DNA from: Anthoceros angustus
Lineage: Eukaryota; Plantae; Anthocerotophyta
Length of the DNA: 50,247 nt
NCBI GenBank assembly: GCA_010909165.1
Contig: MU008239.1
Coordinates: forward strand, 1 to 50,247
Reading direction: 5' to 3'
The notes below the pieces were generated by a model that saw nothing but the letters and a program-made list of their open reading frames with translations, searched no databases and was not told where the DNA came from. Of this stretch, positions 38,243 to 48,948 are shown in pieces (position 1 is the stretch's first letter; each line of letters opens with the position of its first letter). The position numbers were made by a program, and so were the translations under genes.

Positions 38243-39900
38243 TTACGTTTGCCTTTTCACGGTTGGATTTATCCTTTCTAACTTTCTTCGCTGGCGTTGA
38301 AGGGGTGTACCGCGATTTGGATCTCTGTCTTGAATAATACTTCTTTCTTTGTTCATTATACGGTCCAGAAGAAAGTTAATCATTTCGAAAATTTCGTCAA
38401 GCGGGAATATTTTGCGAGCAATGGTAAATGTTAGATATCGTACATATTCAATTTCACCACTATGATATACTAACCTCAAATAGTGCAAACAACTCCTTTT
38501 GATTCTTGATAACTACAAACAAAAATGGTTAATATTTTACCTCCATCTCAAGTCGAAGAAGATCTTGCTCGGTAAATACCTTTCTCACTAATGTGAGGCA
38601 ATGGCTGTGAAGATTTCCCACACTACGGAAATGTGATTGGGCGTTGCAAAGAGGTATCAACGTTAGAATTTATATTTGGAAAATACGAATATCAATTTTC
38701 CTTGTTTACATAAATTGTTACGGAACTAACCTTTTGAATGTTTTTGTAGTTTGGATCTTCCATCGAGTCAACAAGTCATGGTTTTAGCTCCTTATTTTGA
38801 TATTTCTACATTACCAAAACACAAATTTCATTAGTACTACATAAACTGATTCAAATAAACTATACTAAGAATAATATAAACCGATAACACTTACTTTTGG
38901 ATCTCCATGTCTTGCTCTAGGGTTGTCGACCCATCTTCATTCGGCGGTGCTGGATCTTTGAGGCTATGTTCCCAAATGGGAACATATCTATTTAAAATCT
39001 TGGAAGACTTGTGGATCGAAAGTTATCCATCCATTTTCCAAAATCGGCAAATTCTTTCGATGGTCCATACGTTGGTGCATTATCTTGACTCGTCTTTTTC
39101 CTCTTTTGTCCTTTGAAAAACAGTGTAATCATTATATACTACTTACAAATATACTAATTATTAATTACAAATATACGCAATTACGATGAAAGATGGTTTG
39201 TGTTGATTTTGTCATCCATTGCTTCAATTTTCTCCTTAATTTCCTTAAATGCAACTTGTTCGTGACACTCGTAAACAAATAATTAGTATTTATTACTGTA
39301 AATAAATACATATAATCGAGTGTTGTTGTTTACCTCCAAAATCGATCAGAATTGAGATCATTGTCCATTAAACCTCGGACCCAGTCATTGTTTCCAACTC
39401 TAATTGATTGTTGAGATTCTTCTTAATATCCTGTAACCATATACAACTAAAGTGAGTTGCGAGTTATCGTTTATGGATCCTCTAGAAGTTGCAACCAAGT
39501 CTTTACCTTTTTAATTTTTTCCGGTTGGGGCACGCAAAGGAGCAAGTCCTTTTGTCCATTGATGTGAACATAGTGTGCTCCGTTAGTCTTGTATCAAAGA
39601 TATCGAGTTAGAAATGTTCACGGGAGATTCAATTGATAATTGAAATGTATTACCTTTCTCAACTATCTTTCGATCTCAATGAGAGGGATTTGAACTTGAC
39701 TGTCATCATATCCTGGATCCCCATGGGTGGGAACATTGTTGTTTGATCGTTGTTAAGGTTTGTTGGGTCTTTACTATTGTGTCGCTCGGAAAAAATCATT
39801 TAGCCATGGATTATCAAAAATGGATTTGGCGGTAGGCGAAATGATCATTACCTTCTTGGATGTCGACCATTTCATCGTTGCTCTCATTCTCGGATGCCAT
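38243..39900 (-). CDS. Crypton-like copy 2 'gene B' (multi-exon, unknown function; 5' exon may extend to ~41.1 kb)
   Basis: PTHGDPGYDD..KIVEK|gt, DIKKNLNNQLELENNDWVRGLMD, APTYGPSKEFADFGKWMDNF, IWEHSLKDPAPPNEDGS, EQDLLRLEME|gt, KIFPLDEIFEMINFLLD. Confidence 0.65.
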
Positions 39901-41439
39901 TCGTAATAAAAGCAACTCGGGCCAATGAATAACTTGAACTTTTGAAAAAATGCACGTGCTTGCGACTCTTCGGCAGCTTGCACAGTGCGGCATGTTGTGC
40001 ATGCCGCGTACTTTCAGCTGATAAAATATACTACGGCAACAAAGATGGATATGACTTACGCTCAAAGGTTTTGCGTCTCGTTAAGATATTCGACATGCAA
40101 TTTTGACGAATAGTTAGGAAAAACACGGTTAGAAATAAAATATGATTACGGACTTTTGAACCGTCGAGTGATCCAATATCAAGAGCTGCGTACGCGATGC
40201 ATGCCCGCTTACGGCATGTTGCGGCGCCTATAAATACCTCGGCATAAAGTTGACTCGACAAGTTGTCACGGACGCGATGTTGACTCAAACATTGCTGAAT
40301 GACCAATGCGACTCTAGCTACATTTTGAACCAGGTTTAAGACAATGTATGCCTAAGGAAAGGATTTGGCATGCGAGTCAGACCTCTATAGGTTGAGGCGC
40401 GTTAGTGCGGCTCTTGTGCACCGCATGGCGTCTTGAGTCAGAGCGGGTTACGTCCGGATGATTAACCGAGATTAAGCGAGAATAAAGAGGCAGTTAAGCG
40501 AGAAAGCGTCAAGCGGTCGAGAACTATCGAAGACTTGCTAGCGTTTCTTGGTCGTGTAGCGACTTTGAAGCGAAAGCTAGAAAGATAAGTTCGCTACAGC
40601 TTACCGTTCCCATGTCTTCTTGCGGTTGGACTGAAGGGTGTGTAGAGTCTCGAGGTTTTCTGCAACACATTCAAGGTAAGAAAAGGCTTTTGCAAAAACT
40701 TACAACGATAAGCTATTCACAAGCAAAGGAGGCAAGTCGCGAGCGGGGGTGTTAGCGAGGCGGCAACAAAAGAATAAAAAGGCGACCACGGCGTAAGAGT
40801 GTTTGTCGTCGTACCACGGAGACAAGGCGAGACCTCTTTTGTCTCCTTGCGCGGGAGCGGCGGCCCGGTGAGTGGAAACCGTCGCGGGAAAATCTACGAC
40901 TCGGTTCACGGAGCAACTCTTCCGTGTTCGAACCTTCGCGTTGTGGTATCCTGCGGTGAGCGGTCAAGCATGAGCATAGGCACAAAGACGACAAACAATT
41001 TCAAAGGCAAACAAACTCGCGGAAGTTTTTCACCTTTGTTGCCAATCGCGGCGTCTTCGTAAGCGTGCTCTTCACCTCGAGGGCCACGATCGATGATGAG
41101 GTATTGCACGAGGCCGTCGCGAACCAAGGAGGAAGCCAAGCAGTCGGAGGGTGTTTGATCCGAGGGACGTTCGGGCTCTGGGCGGGAAGGCAGACTCGCT
41201 ATTCACTCTGAGAGAAAGAAGCGGCTGTTGGCGTGGTGGGCGTAGGCGTTCATAGGTGAAGGCAGCCTTGCTGAGGTGAGCAAGGGCGTGAGAGAAAGGC
41301 GGCAGCCGGCGTGGTGGGCGTAGGGGCGTGGGTAGGGCGGAACCCGGCTGGCGGAGATGGAACTAGCGTAAGAGAACCGCAGGAGCTGTAGGCGAGAGTG
41401 ACACACCACGGCGTGCTAGGCGCGTAGAAGGGGCCCTAG

Positions 41440-42320
41440 CGGCGTGGTGGGCGGTGAAAGTGTAGGCGTGAGTGCTCCTTAAATAGACTTGAATTAGGGT
41501 TCCGATGCTTGAAGAGCCGTGCGTGGCGGTGTTCATTGGCCAGCGAGGTTCGTTTCGCCACATCAGAGGTTCGGAAATTAGGTTAGGTGTTGCATGGCTA
41601 GGTTTGGAACAAGGTGACTAGGTTGGTTGAGGAGGGCGCGGAGAATGGCGACCCTAGGTTGGTTGGTCTCTCGGTAGAGTAGGTTTGGTATTTTCAAATT
41701 TGGTTGGTAGAGAGTGGCGGCGACAGTGAGAAGGGTTAGGGTTTTGGGGCCTATATAAAGCGGGTTCACGGACCTCTTTGGTCTTTTGCTGGTGCTTTTG
41801 GGCTTGACCTTCCATGCGTCATTCTTCCTTGTCCTCTGCGTCTCCCTTTACTCCCCTCTTTCTCTATGTCCCTCGCACATGTTTGTCCGATTTCCAAGGT
41901 TGTTTCTGATTTCAAGTTTCATTGATCGGCTTTTGTCCGAGGCCAAGGCGGTTGGTTTCTCACTTGTTGCGGTCCAGGCCAAGGTGCTCGCTTGTCAAGG
42001 CGCTTTATCCGCTCCTAGCGATCCCTTTTTAGTTGCCTTAGCGTTTCTGCGCCCGTCTTGTGGTGTTTGCATCATGTCGGGTGATTTTTTCTTGTTAGCT
42101 TGCCGACGGTCTGCTTTGTAGTTGGTTGGTCCGTTTCGTATTTGATGTGCTTTTTAGGGGTTGGTTTTCGTTGTTCGCGTGGTTTTTTTTATGTTTTACG
42201 CAATGCACGGTCCGAAGGCCAAGGTCTTCTTCTTTGTTATTCGAGGTTTCTTTCATTGTTGTTTTGTTCGAGGCCAAGGGTTTTGCTTGTGTTGTTCTTG
42301 TCCAGGCCAAGGTGTCTTTC
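41440..42320. promoter_or_regulatory. Central divergent promoter region of copy 2
   Basis: Minus-strand TATA-like tatttaa (~41480), plus-strand ggcctatataaag (~41750), ttagggtt/ctaggtt motifs, and reiterated aggccaagg. Confidence 0.45.
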
Positions 42321-43935
42321 CTCTCGCTTTCGACTATAGTTGTTTTACTTTTCGTTGTTCTACTTGCCTCCCTTGTTTGTCTGTATGTGTCGTTCTTTGT
42401 GTGCTTTTTTTCTTTCTTTCTTGTGTTCTCATTTTTTCTCTTGTTGGTTTTATGTTTTGTACCTCATCACTTCACGTTGTCTTGTGAGTCTGTTTTTTGC
42501 TTTGTGAATATGTTGCTCGCGATCTTGACTGCTTGTTTTTGTGGTATTGGCCTTTTAATGTGTTTGCTTATTCGTTGTCGTCGTTATCTTCACGTTCAAA
42601 GGCGTGATGCCTATGCTGTAATGTCTTGTTCGCATCTTGTGTTTTTCATCTCTCTGTTTTCATTTTCTATATATACTATGTCTTTTAAATGATCATTTTT
42701 GTTTTGGTGTTTATCTCGTTTAGCTCACGTTCATTGTGTTTATCAAACTAGTGTCTTTGTTTGTATCTTATCTCTGCATTTGTTCTTCTTTTGAAGTATA
42801 AACTTGTTCTTTATCTCTCGCTTGTGTCTGAAGGCCAGGCGTTGTTCGACTTGATTTGTATCTCTGCTTTTGTACTGTGTTCATCTCTCAAAGTGTTGCG
42901 TTTAACTTTCGGTTGTGTTACATTACGTTCTGTACTTGTCACATGCGGAGAGCTTGTTCCATGCATGCCTTTGGGCAAAACATTTTAAAGGTATTTGTCT
43001 CTCGATTAAGTTGTTCACTGTTGCGGACAATTATTTGTGTATATGGTTTGTCGAGTTGATCGTTATTGTCGTTTGCATCTTGATGTGTGCTTCTTTGTTT
43101 TCGCCTGCGTATGGAAGGTAGATCACTTTATTCTTGTCTTTATCGCGATTGTCTTACATCTTTTGCTTTATCGTCCATCTGACGTTTTTAGTCACTTGTC
43201 GTTGTCTAATTTGATGTGTTTAGTTTCTGTTTATGTCGACTTTTTATTCTTGTTGATTGCATTATATCGGGTTTTACGTGGTTTGTCTTTTTTGGTCATG
43301 GTTGGTGTTGCAGGGTCCAATCTGGTTCTTTTCTTGCTATGTTAGTTTCATCGATCTTTGGTTTGTTAACTCTTTTGGCCTTTTGTTGCGGACCATGCAC
43401 GGAAAATTCTTAGGGTGGTCGGGATTTTAGTAAGAGATGTGTACACCCTTGCCTTTTGTCTTTCGTTTGTTCTTGGACATTATGTGCACCTCACTAAACT
43501 CGTTTCTTTGTAGGCGAAATTTGTCATCGTGTGAAGGGCTCTTCCAACATTCTAATTCAGTCTGCATGTATCGGGATAACTATTTGCACGAGTGTGAAAT
43601 TCGGTTTCTTGGTGTCGATCAAGGCTCGTTGTGTCTTTGGGGCTAATCTATCAATATTATTGGCGAGAAAAAAGTGTTTGGGAAGTATGTGGGTTTGTTA
43701 AAATGGAAGTTTTTCTCACTAACTTAAAATGGAGGATCAAAATCTAACAATGTATAGATCAAAATGATGTGTATCTCCCATCCCTCCCTTCGATTGTGGT
43801 ATAATCAACTTTTAGACCCTTCAGAGTTCTCATTTGAAAGCATTCACCTCCATGTAAGTCTTTTCATATTGGTTTGCAAGTTCATTAACTTTTCAAATGT
43901 TTTTTGTGTTTTGATCACCGGTGCTTTTCTTTCAG

Positions 43936-46055
43936 ATGGCACCCAAACCTGGGCCTGGACCGGGAAAGAAGCAAGGGTCCTGGAAGTCATGGCTAAGCCG
44001 TACACTAGACAGCGTGTCAAGTCAGCCGTCCTCACTGCAACTCATCCACTGCAGGATGATGGTAAAGTTGATGGTGTCTTGGTGCAGTGAAGGAACATAT
44101 TTAGTTCCAAAAAGGCATTCCTAAACCGCCAAGGCACTTCTCATCCAAGAAGGATGCTCGACGTGCAGCTGAGTTTGTGCAGGAGAGAAGAAGGGTTGAC
44201 ACTCGACCTATGGCATTGGTTGAAGGTCCTCTTGCGGAGATTACTAACTATGTCCCATGTCGAGAGTCCGGTTGTGGGGAGAATGATTTCTTGATAACGG
44301 AGGATCCCATGGTTGTGAGTCGCCAAAGCCTGTCTAGAGTCTAGAGATTTGTGTCTGGTTGAGCAGATGCTTCGTGATTTTCCATGCTGTTGTGGTTCGA
44401 CCACAGAGTCATCCCCGATCAAGAAGTGCTCGATATGTTTGAGAGGCTAAAGTGTCTTTGGTCCGAAGATGACTTTGCCATGGGTATGGAGGAAATTGAT
44501 GATGAAGAAATTTTTGAGCGGATTTGACCGTCGGAGTGTGAATGATGCTTTGAGTGGTGGGGAGGATAGGTCAAAGGAATAAGCGGTGTCAAGTCGTCTC
44601 GGGGCCTTTATGAAAGTGAGTGGGGTCGGGGATGGGATCTGCTGAGGATATTCCTTACAAGGATCTAAATCTTATTCGATACCCTTTTTCCATCAAGTTC
44701 GAATCAAGGACAAGAGATTTTCTCGAAGCGTAAGTAGTGATGTTTTCTTACTTGTTGATTTTGATAGTTCGACTTTCCTTCACATGACGATTCTTGATCT
44801 TCACTTGTGCGGTGATGTCTTTCTTTCGTGGGTTTAACCGGATTTTAACAAGGAAGTGCATCCCAACCAAAGCCGGCTTGGTTCGATGTTCGGTGATCAA
44901 CTTGTTTCATGGAATTTTCCATGGGTCCCGAGCGGTTGGTTGCGTCCATGAAAATCGCAAGGACCTTGGGATTGTGTCATGTCGAAAAGAGGTGAAGTTG
45001 ATTTAATGATGATGAGCGTGATTCTTTCACACGAGATCATCAATGCTCATTTGGGGGGGCTCAAAAGGTAATATTGTTGGTTTTGGGGTGCACTTTGATT
45101 GTTCATTTATGGTCTTAAACACAGCCCTTATGCTTATTTTTGCGGTGTGCATATTTTTGCATGACCAGGTTTGGGGTTCGAGGTGGTGAAGAGTTACATA
45201 ACCTGCTCATTAGGGACTTCTCATTTGCATCAGATTCAGGCGGACCTTTTGTTCAGTAGGTGTAGTCTTTTTGTTTTACTGTTTGTTTGATGTTTTGATG
45301 TACTGTATTGAGCTCGTCTTCATTTGCAGGTATGAAGAACGGCATTCAAAAAATTACAAAGTGGATATGAAGAACTACCAGAGTGAGCATTTCCGTCAAA
45401 AGGTCAAGATCTACGAAAGGGCGTCATCGAAACCTTTAAAAGTATTGATCACTCTCCCAAGTGGTCGCACATGACAAGAATTTGTCAATTCGGGGTTTCT
45501 CTTCAATTCAACCATTGATAACCCAAGATCCAATGTAAGTTTTTGGTTTATTGGGCTTGAGTTTTGTGGTTTTATTTACTAACTGTTTGTTTTTGTTCGC
45601 TTGGTATGCAAAACTTCGTGTTTCAAAAGGAATGCTTGTCAAGATTTATGAAGACCATGGTGAGCGGTGGGCTTGTTGGCTACTACACCAATAAGAGAGT
45701 GTGATGATTACGTTTGTGATGGCTCGGTGCCCTCGATCTTTGGGAGAAGTGTGGTGGCCATAAAGCGGATCTTTGGATTTTCAAGGTAATATGTTGTGAA
45801 AGCTTGTGACATTTGAGTCTTTGTATGCTCGTTCCTAACGTTCTCATATGTTTTCGAGATATGGCCGTCAAGCAAAAGCAGTACCGCAAGAGTTCTTGTT
45901 CGTGAGCAGCGATCTTATCGGGAGCTTTTAAATGAAGAACTCAATCGGATGCGGGATGATTTAAGGGTGTTCTTTCCAACTGTTGAATGTAACTCCGAAA
46001 TAGTATTTTCAGTCGACTGAAGATCGGTCCCTTGCAAGTGCAACACGTTAGTAAT
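43936..46055 (+). CDS. DUF3504/Crypton-type tyrosine recombinase, copy 2 (exons approx. 43936-44729, 44800-45067, 45125-45255, 45330-45534, 45598-45785, 45858-46055)
   Basis: ATG directly after an AG acceptor (MAPKPGPGPGKK). Then DIPYKDLNLI..FFHQVR, MSFFRGFNRILT, MTRFGVRGGEELHNL, YEERHSKNYK, PIDNPRS, WYAK, YYTNK, GGHK..FSR/YGR. Confidence 0.82.
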
Positions 46056-46559
46056 GTAAGTGTTTGAGATTTGTATCAAGTATGTAGGGACTTGTGTCAA
46101 AATCCTGTCGACTTGATTGATTTGTCGTCTTTCCTCCCGCCACTGTTATTCATCATGAAAGCGGACCCACACAATGTTGGGAACTAAGTTTTTGCACCAT
46201 GTGGTCACTTTGTCTTGAAGTTCGAGTTGGTATTGTGAAGTTGCTTTGTTGTAGTCGCCATGTTAGTTTTTTTAATCATCGGTTCTTGTTTTTTTGCACC
46301 TTAAAAAATTGCCAAGGCATCCAGATGGATACTAGGACCAACGGGTGTTCTACTGAAATTCCATATGTTGACAAGGTTGATTCTTTGTACATTTGTTGTT
46401 TTCATTCATTTTGGAGTTTCGATTGTGTTCTTCTTGGCGGTTGTAATCCTTCGACTAGTGTGGCGACTTCATCCCTCATTTCAACATTGATACACCACAG
46501 TGGATGCGGTGGCCCCTCTGTTGGAGGGCATTGTGCGTGAGTGTGATCATCATCGAAGT

Positions 46560-47464
46560 TAACCAGACAAAGTGTGGGTGGTAGCACCTCGATATATTGC
46601 ACTGTGACGCAAATGGAAATGTAAGTGGCTTTGAGCGGCTTGCCGGATCTCCCGAGCAGGGGTGGAGAATGACAAATTGAAGCAGAAATGGAGTTCAGTG
46701 ACAAAAGGATTTGGAGGCACTTATAGAGAGGCAGGCGGCAGTTGAATTACGAGTCTCTAAGCAGAGAAAGCCCTTGAGATTCGGAGGAGAAATGCGAGAG
46801 GAGACAAGAGCATATTAAGCATCAAGAGCGCAGCGGAAAGAGCGCAAGAGGTTCGGAGATTATGGGAAAGACAACGAGAAGGATGTGCCTCGAGATATTT
46901 CAAGCTGCTATGCGAAAATCCGTCGGGATCGGTAAGCTTTATGCTTTTATTAATCAGTTACTAGATTGAAAATTAATGGTTGTGTTGTTTTAGGTTGTGA
47001 CCTTGCGGAAGATGGTCAATTTCGTCAAGTCCTCGCTTCATCAATTGGTTGCCAATTATGATAATCTTGTACAAGTACCAATCAAGCCAAGTGGTCGTGA
47101 AATTACATTTTCAATCAGTATAATTGTACGATAAATTTCCCAAAATAAGGTGAGTATCAATGTTTTTATTTTAGTGTTTACTAGTAGTAATTACGGTTTG
47201 GGTGCTAATTTTGGTTTTGTTTGTAGGTTTCTTGTTGAAGCGAGTTCACTCTATTGGGTATTTACTCTTCATTAGTTGAATCAGTATTTCATGCACGGAT
47301 ATACAGGAAACTCGAAAAGGGTTCTTTGTTGGTTTTTGTATATCCCGGATCCGCATGAATATTATTTAACAGAAAATGTTTTGTCGATTAGCGATTTTGG
47401 TGGGATTACTAGATTAGCGATTTTACTACGGGTATTCACTTGGTCGTCATGTTTTCTACTCTAG
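46560..47464 (+). CDS. Crypton-like copy 2 'ORF C' (coiled coil plus CWFLYIPDP region, spliced)
   Basis: KDLEALIERQAAVELRVSK..ERRQEHIKHQE, GT-AG introns at ~46932 and ~47150, and a final exon RVLCWFLYIPDPHEYY. Confidence 0.55.
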
Positions 47465-47663
47465 TGCTGCTTTTCCACCTTGATGGTAGATCATATTCAC
47501 CCCACTTGGCATGTTTTCTACTATATTGTAATGAATTTTACTATACGGTAAAATAATGGCCAAAAGTTCGATTCTCTCTTAAAATTCACCCCACTACCCC
47601 GAAAACTAACCGGGCGTGCCGAGGCCCCACGAGGTCACACTTTACGCTTCGCTCCGCTACCGC

Positions 47664-48725
47664 AGTTGTACCTCCATTTTCATGATAAGCCACTCACAAA
47701 CCAATCCAACGCTTGTTCTGTGAGTACCCAGAGGTGGTGGATCTCCCCCCTGCACATTTCGAACCCGATCCAGATATCCAGAAACCTCCACATAATCGAA
47801 CAACGATTCTCGCTTCTTCCTTCGGAGGGTTCTCAACTTCGCCAAGGTGTGGTGTGCGAATCGAGCCCTGAACCGATTCAAGAAGAAGGCGCTTAAGAGC
47901 TTCCCAACCGCACGCCACAATTATATGTGCGACCATACCACCGCTGGGCATGCCCTCTCGGCCCCGGAAGATGCGTAGCCGCGACTCCATCCTCTAAATT
48001 GCGTGGAGACGTGCTCGAAAGTTCTTACAAACGCCTCCGCATCATCTTCTTCTCGCCGAATTTGACGATTGTCGGCGACATGAAGTTGCGGTCCTCCTCC
48101 TCCACAACTCCACTCATGTTGCTGCTCGAGTGTCCACGCTGACCAACACTCCTTCCCGGATAACAGGAAACAAATCGGGATCCTTGAGCACGGAAGTCTT
48201 CTACCAACAAGGGAGTAGCGACCTCCCCTCTGGTCCGTCCCAAGATCAACTGATGAGATTCGATCGAGTCGTTCCGCCAAATCCTCCGACCAAGCTGAAA
48301 TTTCGCCATCGACGACCTGCCACCGCCGCTCACCGGAAGTTGGGGTATCACCGCTTGAGAAGTAAAACGTCATGCCCGCGACGGCTGGAAGGCAAATCGT
48401 GCTCGGAGAAGTGCGCCCCTTCCTCGTCGCTGGACACCAATTTCTCTTCCACGACCTCCTTCCTCTCGCTGTCGGTGATCTCCGCCTCTTCCTCCTCCAA
48501 TTTCTCCGTCCGTCGTTCCGCACCTCTGTCGTCTTCTGGAGCCAAGGCGACTTCCTCCACGTCCGCTCGTGACTCCGCTTCCTCCTGCTGCCCTCGAGTA
48601 GCGACAGCGGCAGTCTCTTCCCTTAGCTGATTCCTTCGCAAGGCTCGTAAATCCCTTGCAGTGACAGGCGGTGGTGACCTCCTGCGTGTATCTCCCCGAG
48701 ATCGACCCCTACCCGACATCTGCAA
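47664..48725 (-). CDS. Gag N-terminal and core part of the host element (frameshifted)
   Basis: Charged N-terminus MSGRGRSRG..; DDAEAFVRTFEHVS, WEALKR.FLNRFR, LRTLRRKKRESLFDY (retrotransposon gag core). Confidence 0.75.
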
Positions 48726-48927
48726 CCATCCTCATGTCCTCCAACCCACAGGTGTTAAGAAGAAGGCAAATCACACCCCGTTTAGTGTCTCAACCAGTCA
48801 CCCCTATGACAACTTAGGCAGCGTGAAATTCCTTCTTTTCACCCTATGGTCGACTCTCAGTCCCTTTGAAAAACACTACGCAGCCTATCGATGGAAACCA
48901 CAAAACTTCAAGCTTTCAACAACAAAT

Positions 48928-48944
48928 CCCCGGCAACGGCGCCA
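48928..48944 (-). other. Primer-binding site complementary to the 3' end of tRNA-Asp
   Basis: Minus strand reads TGGCGCCGTTGCCGGGG, the PBS characteristic of Athila-type elements, 4 nt from an LTR end (plus-strand tg at 48949). Confidence 0.9.
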
Positions 48945-48948
48945 AAAA

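Larger units (their letters stand above)
37999..47663 (+). mobile_element. Crypton-like tyrosine-recombinase DNA transposon, copy 2 (~9.7 kb)
   Basis: Flanked by ACCGC direct repeats (37994-37998 and 47659-47663). Removing it rejoins host gag (..GGTTAVGPPLSRGMG..). Homologous end-to-end to copy 1 in inverted orientation. Confidence 0.85.

Noticed and set aside
42126-42692. 188-aa hydrophobic 'membrane protein' ORF (and the 193-aa ORF at 29229-29810)
   Set aside because: These are by-products of T-rich low-complexity DNA, and I see no convincing peptide conservation between the two copies.
23694-47663. DIRS-type YR retrotransposon using the RT at 34.3-35.6 kb, or one giant element with 10-kb inverted repeats
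   Set aside because: The RT/RH is Ty3/gypsy and colinear with the host gag, protease and DDE integrase. Each YR element has introns and its own independent insertion junctions.
48928-48944. tRNA-Asp gene
   Set aside because: Only the 3'-terminal ~17 nt including CCA are present, next to an LTR end. This is a PBS, not a tRNA gene.
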